The position numbers were made by a program, and so were the translations under genes. A stretch of DNA of 64,000 bases. Origin: Promethearchaeota archaeon. GTDB lineage: Archaea; Asgardarchaeota; Lokiarchaeia; Sigyniarchaeales; SOKP01. The stretch covers positions 32,001 through 96,000 of the forward strand of contig JAEOUA010000003.1 in assembly GCA_016839555.1 (NCBI GenBank), given 5' to 3'. The notes beneath the pieces were generated by a model. It worked only from the letters and a program-made list of their open reading frames with translations, was not told the origin of the DNA and searched no databases. Positions within the stretch are counted from its first letter, which is position 1, and every line of letters begins with the position of its first letter. Below are positions 61,336-64,000 of the stretch, piece by piece.

Positions 61336-62070
61336 CTAGATACTTATATCTCCTGTATTTTCATTAAATTTAATAACCCCTTTAACAGAAAGTTGTTTCA
61401 AGGTGCGTTGTGCCATTATTGGAGGTACTGTAAGTTGTCCTTTCAAATCATCTAAGTTTGCTTCTCCTCCTTTCATTAAAATTGTGGCGATAATGTCAAC
61501 TTCGGGGAAGTCTTGGTCGCTAAACTCAATCAAAAAGGAGCTAAAAAAGTTACGCCTCTGTGTATCTTTTAATTTAGCGTCTAAATCTTCAAATTTATCC
61601 TCAGAATACATATCTTTTATTTTCTTCTCTTTTTGCTCAATATTGAGTAAATCTTCGTCTAATTTCGCTTTTTCTTCTTCTTTTTTACTAATCTTTTCAT
61701 TTTTTGTTGCCAAATTAGAATTAAGAGTTTCTAATTCGAATTCTGGCTTCTTAATCTCGTCTCTATTACGCTCCAGCGTTCCATTAAGCTCAATTATTTT
61801 TGAGTTCAATTCCTCTTTTTGTTGATTTAATGTTTCAATAGTAGTATCTAATTCTGCAGCTTGTGTATTTAATTCGGCGATATTTGCATTCTGATTTCGA
61901 ATAGTTTCATTTAATTCCTCCATCTGATCTTGCTCTTCCTTGATTTTCTGCCATAGATTGGTTAGATTTTGAAGTATTTCATCCATATTTTTATTAAAGG
62001 ATTGTTGAAAGGTATCAAAGGTATTTTCAAAGGTTTCTATTAACTTTAAAATTTCTTTTGGCGAACTCAT
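61336..62070 (-). CDS. Long coiled-coil plus C-terminal winged-helix protein
   Basis: About 170 aa of heptad pattern, then LDDLKGQLTVPPIMAQRTLKQLSVKGVIKF. Confidence 0.8.
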   Translation of the reverse strand: MSSPKEILKLIETFENTFDTFQQSFNKNMDEILQNLTNLWQKIKEEQDQMEELNETIRNQNANIAELNTQAAELDTTIETLNQQKEELNSKIIELNGTLERNRDEIKKPEFELETLNSNLATKNEKISKKEEEKAKLDEDLLNIEQKEKKIKDMYSEDKFEDLDAKLKDTQRRNFFSSFLIEFSDQDFPEVDIIATILMKGGEANLDDLKGQLTVPPIMAQRTLKQLSVKGVIKFNENTGDISI

Positions 62071-62822
62071 TCAAAATCCACCTCCTCTAATAAAGTTACA
62101 GTATTGGCATTTTCATCAAATTGAACAGGTCCATTATATTCGACCATTTTTCTAAGAATTTGTCTTGCTTTCTCTTCTTTTAAATCAATCGCCATTAAAA
62201 TATGGTTTAAATCTAGAGTAGCTCCTTTCTGCAATGATTTAATTAATTTAATTTGTCCAGATTGAATATAATTGGACCTAATTAAAATTTTCATCGCTTT
62301 TATTCTACTTTCGTAATTATCCACATAATGCTTCTTTTCTAAGAATTTGTCTTCAAAATCTGCTTCTAATTTTTTTAGGTCATCTTGTGATTTATCTTTT
62401 TCAATTTTTAATTCCGTAATGGTCTCTTCTAATTCTTTTAACCGTTGCTTTCTACTTTCGAATTCTTCTTTTTTGCTTGTGATTTCTGATTGAAGTTCTT
62501 TTAGTTTATTTTGGACTTCTTCAATTTTTTTCAAGAAATCATTTTTATTCTTATTTAATTCTTCTATCTCTTCTTTTAATTTGGCAATAGTTCTTTCATT
62601 TTTAGAGATCCTTTCTTTCAGAGAATTAATATTTTCCTTATTTGATTCAATAGTATCTTCTTTACCTTTCTTTTCCACTTCAAAGCTTTCTAAGGCTTGT
62701 AAGATATTTTTTGGTTGTTCAGTCATCTTAGGAATGCTCTCTGTATTGAGTGTGTTAATTTCTTCTACTAACATAAGCAATTTATTGATTGAAGATTTGC
62801 TTTCAGTAATGCGTTCAGTCAT
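62067..62822 (-). CDS. Long coiled-coil plus C-terminal winged-helix protein (partner of the previous gene)
   Basis: Heptads, then LDLNHILMAIDLKEEKARQILRKMVE...VQFDENANTVTL; ATGA overlap. Confidence 0.8.
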   Translation of the reverse strand: MTERITESKSSINKLLMLVEEINTLNTESIPKMTEQPKNILQALESFEVEKKGKEDTIESNKENINSLKERISKNERTIAKLKEEIEELNKNKNDFLKKIEEVQNKLKELQSEITSKKEEFESRKQRLKELEETITELKIEKDKSQDDLKKLEADFEDKFLEKKHYVDNYESRIKAMKILIRSNYIQSGQIKLIKSLQKGATLDLNHILMAIDLKEEKARQILRKMVEYNGPVQFDENANTVTLLEEVDFE

Positions 62823-62935
62823 TTTAGATCTTTTTTTTAAAAATTATTTTGAATTTATAATATTATAATTTTAATAATTTACTTTCTAATATATTTTTGC
62901 TTTTAAATTTAGAGATATTATAATTAAATGATTTC

Positions 62936-63793
62936 TTACAGTCCATTCTTTGTAATAATTTTATTTATAATCTCATTTTTATTAAGGTTTCCCATTCCTA
63001 AACCTCTTCTTTTTATTATTATATTAAGGTTTTCTATTAATAATTCTGCGAATGTTTGAAAAGAAAATAGAAATTCATTATTAATTGTAAAGTATTCCTT
63101 TAAAAATACATTAATTAATTGAATCTTATGGGATGGTTCTGATAATTCAAATATTCCAGGGTTCGTATCGATTAAGGAGCAACATACCCAGGAAAGGTCC
63201 TCAAGATAATTTCCTTCATACGCATTTTCAAAATCAAGTCCATATATTCTATTGTTTGAAAAATTTATAATAAAATCCCTTAATTGTGTATCTCCTTTAT
63301 TCAAAACGATTATTTTCTGAACTTCTTTATGTTTAATGATATTTTTATGATGAAGTTCGGCGAACCATTGAGCTAACAGTTTAATGCTCATTTTTAATTG
63401 TTTTCTTATCAGATCAGAAACCTCACTTAATTCCTGTTTGCCTAATAAATTTTGATTAATAAAGTCACATAGGTTTTCACCATTAATTTTTTCAAGTATT
63501 AAATAAGGATCTTCATATAATAAGATCAATGGAACGCTTATGTTTTGCTTCTTTAAATTTTTAAGAATAGCAACTTCTTTATTCCCATTTTGATTTTTAA
63601 ATATTTTTAGTATAAAGTTTTGAGGGAGATTCTTTAATGGTTTCGTTGATCTGACCTCATAAACAGTATTTCTCTTACTCTTTAATTGAATAATATCAAC
63701 CATATTTAAATCTTTATTAAGTTCTCCAAAAATATTAGGAAATTTTTTAGTTAACTTAGAAAAAATTTTTATTTTGGTGGGTTTGTTTCTCAT
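62936..63793 (-). CDS. Protein-kinase-like phosphotransferase (RIO/Kdo/APH-like)
   Basis: SKRNTVY, ILKIF, KEVAIL, LILEKING, KGDTQLRDF, GLDFE, EDL. Confidence 0.78.
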   Translation of the reverse strand: MRNKPTKIKIFSKLTKKFPNIFGELNKDLNMVDIIQLKSKRNTVYEVRSTKPLKNLPQNFILKIFKNQNGNKEVAILKNLKKQNISVPLILLYEDPYLILEKINGENLCDFINQNLLGKQELSEVSDLIRKQLKMSIKLLAQWFAELHHKNIIKHKEVQKIIVLNKGDTQLRDFIINFSNNRIYGLDFENAYEGNYLEDLSWVCCSLIDTNPGIFELSEPSHKIQLINVFLKEYFTINNEFLFSFQTFAELLIENLNIIIKRRGLGMGNLNKNEIINKIITKNGL

Positions 63794-64000
63794 ATCGCTA
63801 AAAATATAAATTTATTCAAATTAAACGAAAAACGATTAACTTCTATAGAATAATTATTTTTTTGATTCTCTAAAATCTTTAGGTTAATAATTATTAATAT
63901 TAAAAACAGCTAAAAATAATTTTATATTGCTAATTTTATAAATAGAACTTATTTTTAAAAGAAATTTCTTGAATATTTCTTGAACATGTTCGTATTTAGA

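Noticed and set aside
480-61825. Short antisense or alternative-frame ORFs in the track (e.g. 480, 3730, 4599, 5742, 7329, 8466, 11444, 13705, 15314, 21819, 23924, 41517, 47925, 58385, 61403)
   Set aside because: They lie within or largely overlap well-supported genes and show no motifs; treated as shadow ORFs
61336-62822. SMC/Rad50 or ESCRT-III annotation for the coiled-coil genes
   Set aside because: No Walker motifs or hinge, and no evident Snf7 core; coiled-coil similarity alone is non-specific
1-64000. CRISPR arrays, tRNA/rRNA genes, IS elements, prophage
   Set aside because: No spaced repeats, GC-rich structural RNA islands, transposase, integrase or virion genes seen by eye

Overview
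Very AT-rich, gene-dense archaeal chromosomal segment. The gene content (longin and uDENN-like proteins, Arf-like small GTPase, LRR and 7TM families, NreA, PAC2, archaeal-type MoaA, GGTGA-type Shine-Dalgarno sites) points to an Asgard archaeon, most likely Lokiarchaeia; this is an inference. No rRNA, tRNA, CRISPR array or transposase was recognised. Main modules: an RsbR-S-T-(T/X) stressosome operon feeding a PAS histidine kinase and receiver (2.7-6.7 kb); MNT-HEPN and MazF-type toxin-antitoxin pairs; an XRE/PH-domain locus with tandem operators; an MtaA-like methyltransferase plus corrinoid protein; an oxidoreductase operon with two copies of an SCP2-like domain, facing two duplicated GPH-family MFS transporters (21-31 kb); a small GTPase coupled to a uDENN-like/wHTH protein; MoxR plus vWA; a molybdopterin biosynthesis cluster (49.6-54.9 kb); and a pair of coiled-coil/wHTH proteins next to a kinase-like gene. 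Best candidate for an undescribed system: an ECF transporter operon with two membrane-anchored sulfite-oxidase-fold proteins that lack the Mo-ligating Cys, lying beside the Moco genes and sharing with them a ModE-type 24-bp operator, which suggests Moco/tungsten-cofactor scavenging. Also notable: a possible -1 frameshift (or ATC re-initiation) at the MoxR-vWA junction, an unannotated CxxU mini-ORF (possible selenoprotein), and several genes that appear to need near-cognate start codons (CTG, ATT, ATA). All family assignments come from motif recognition by eye, not from database searches.
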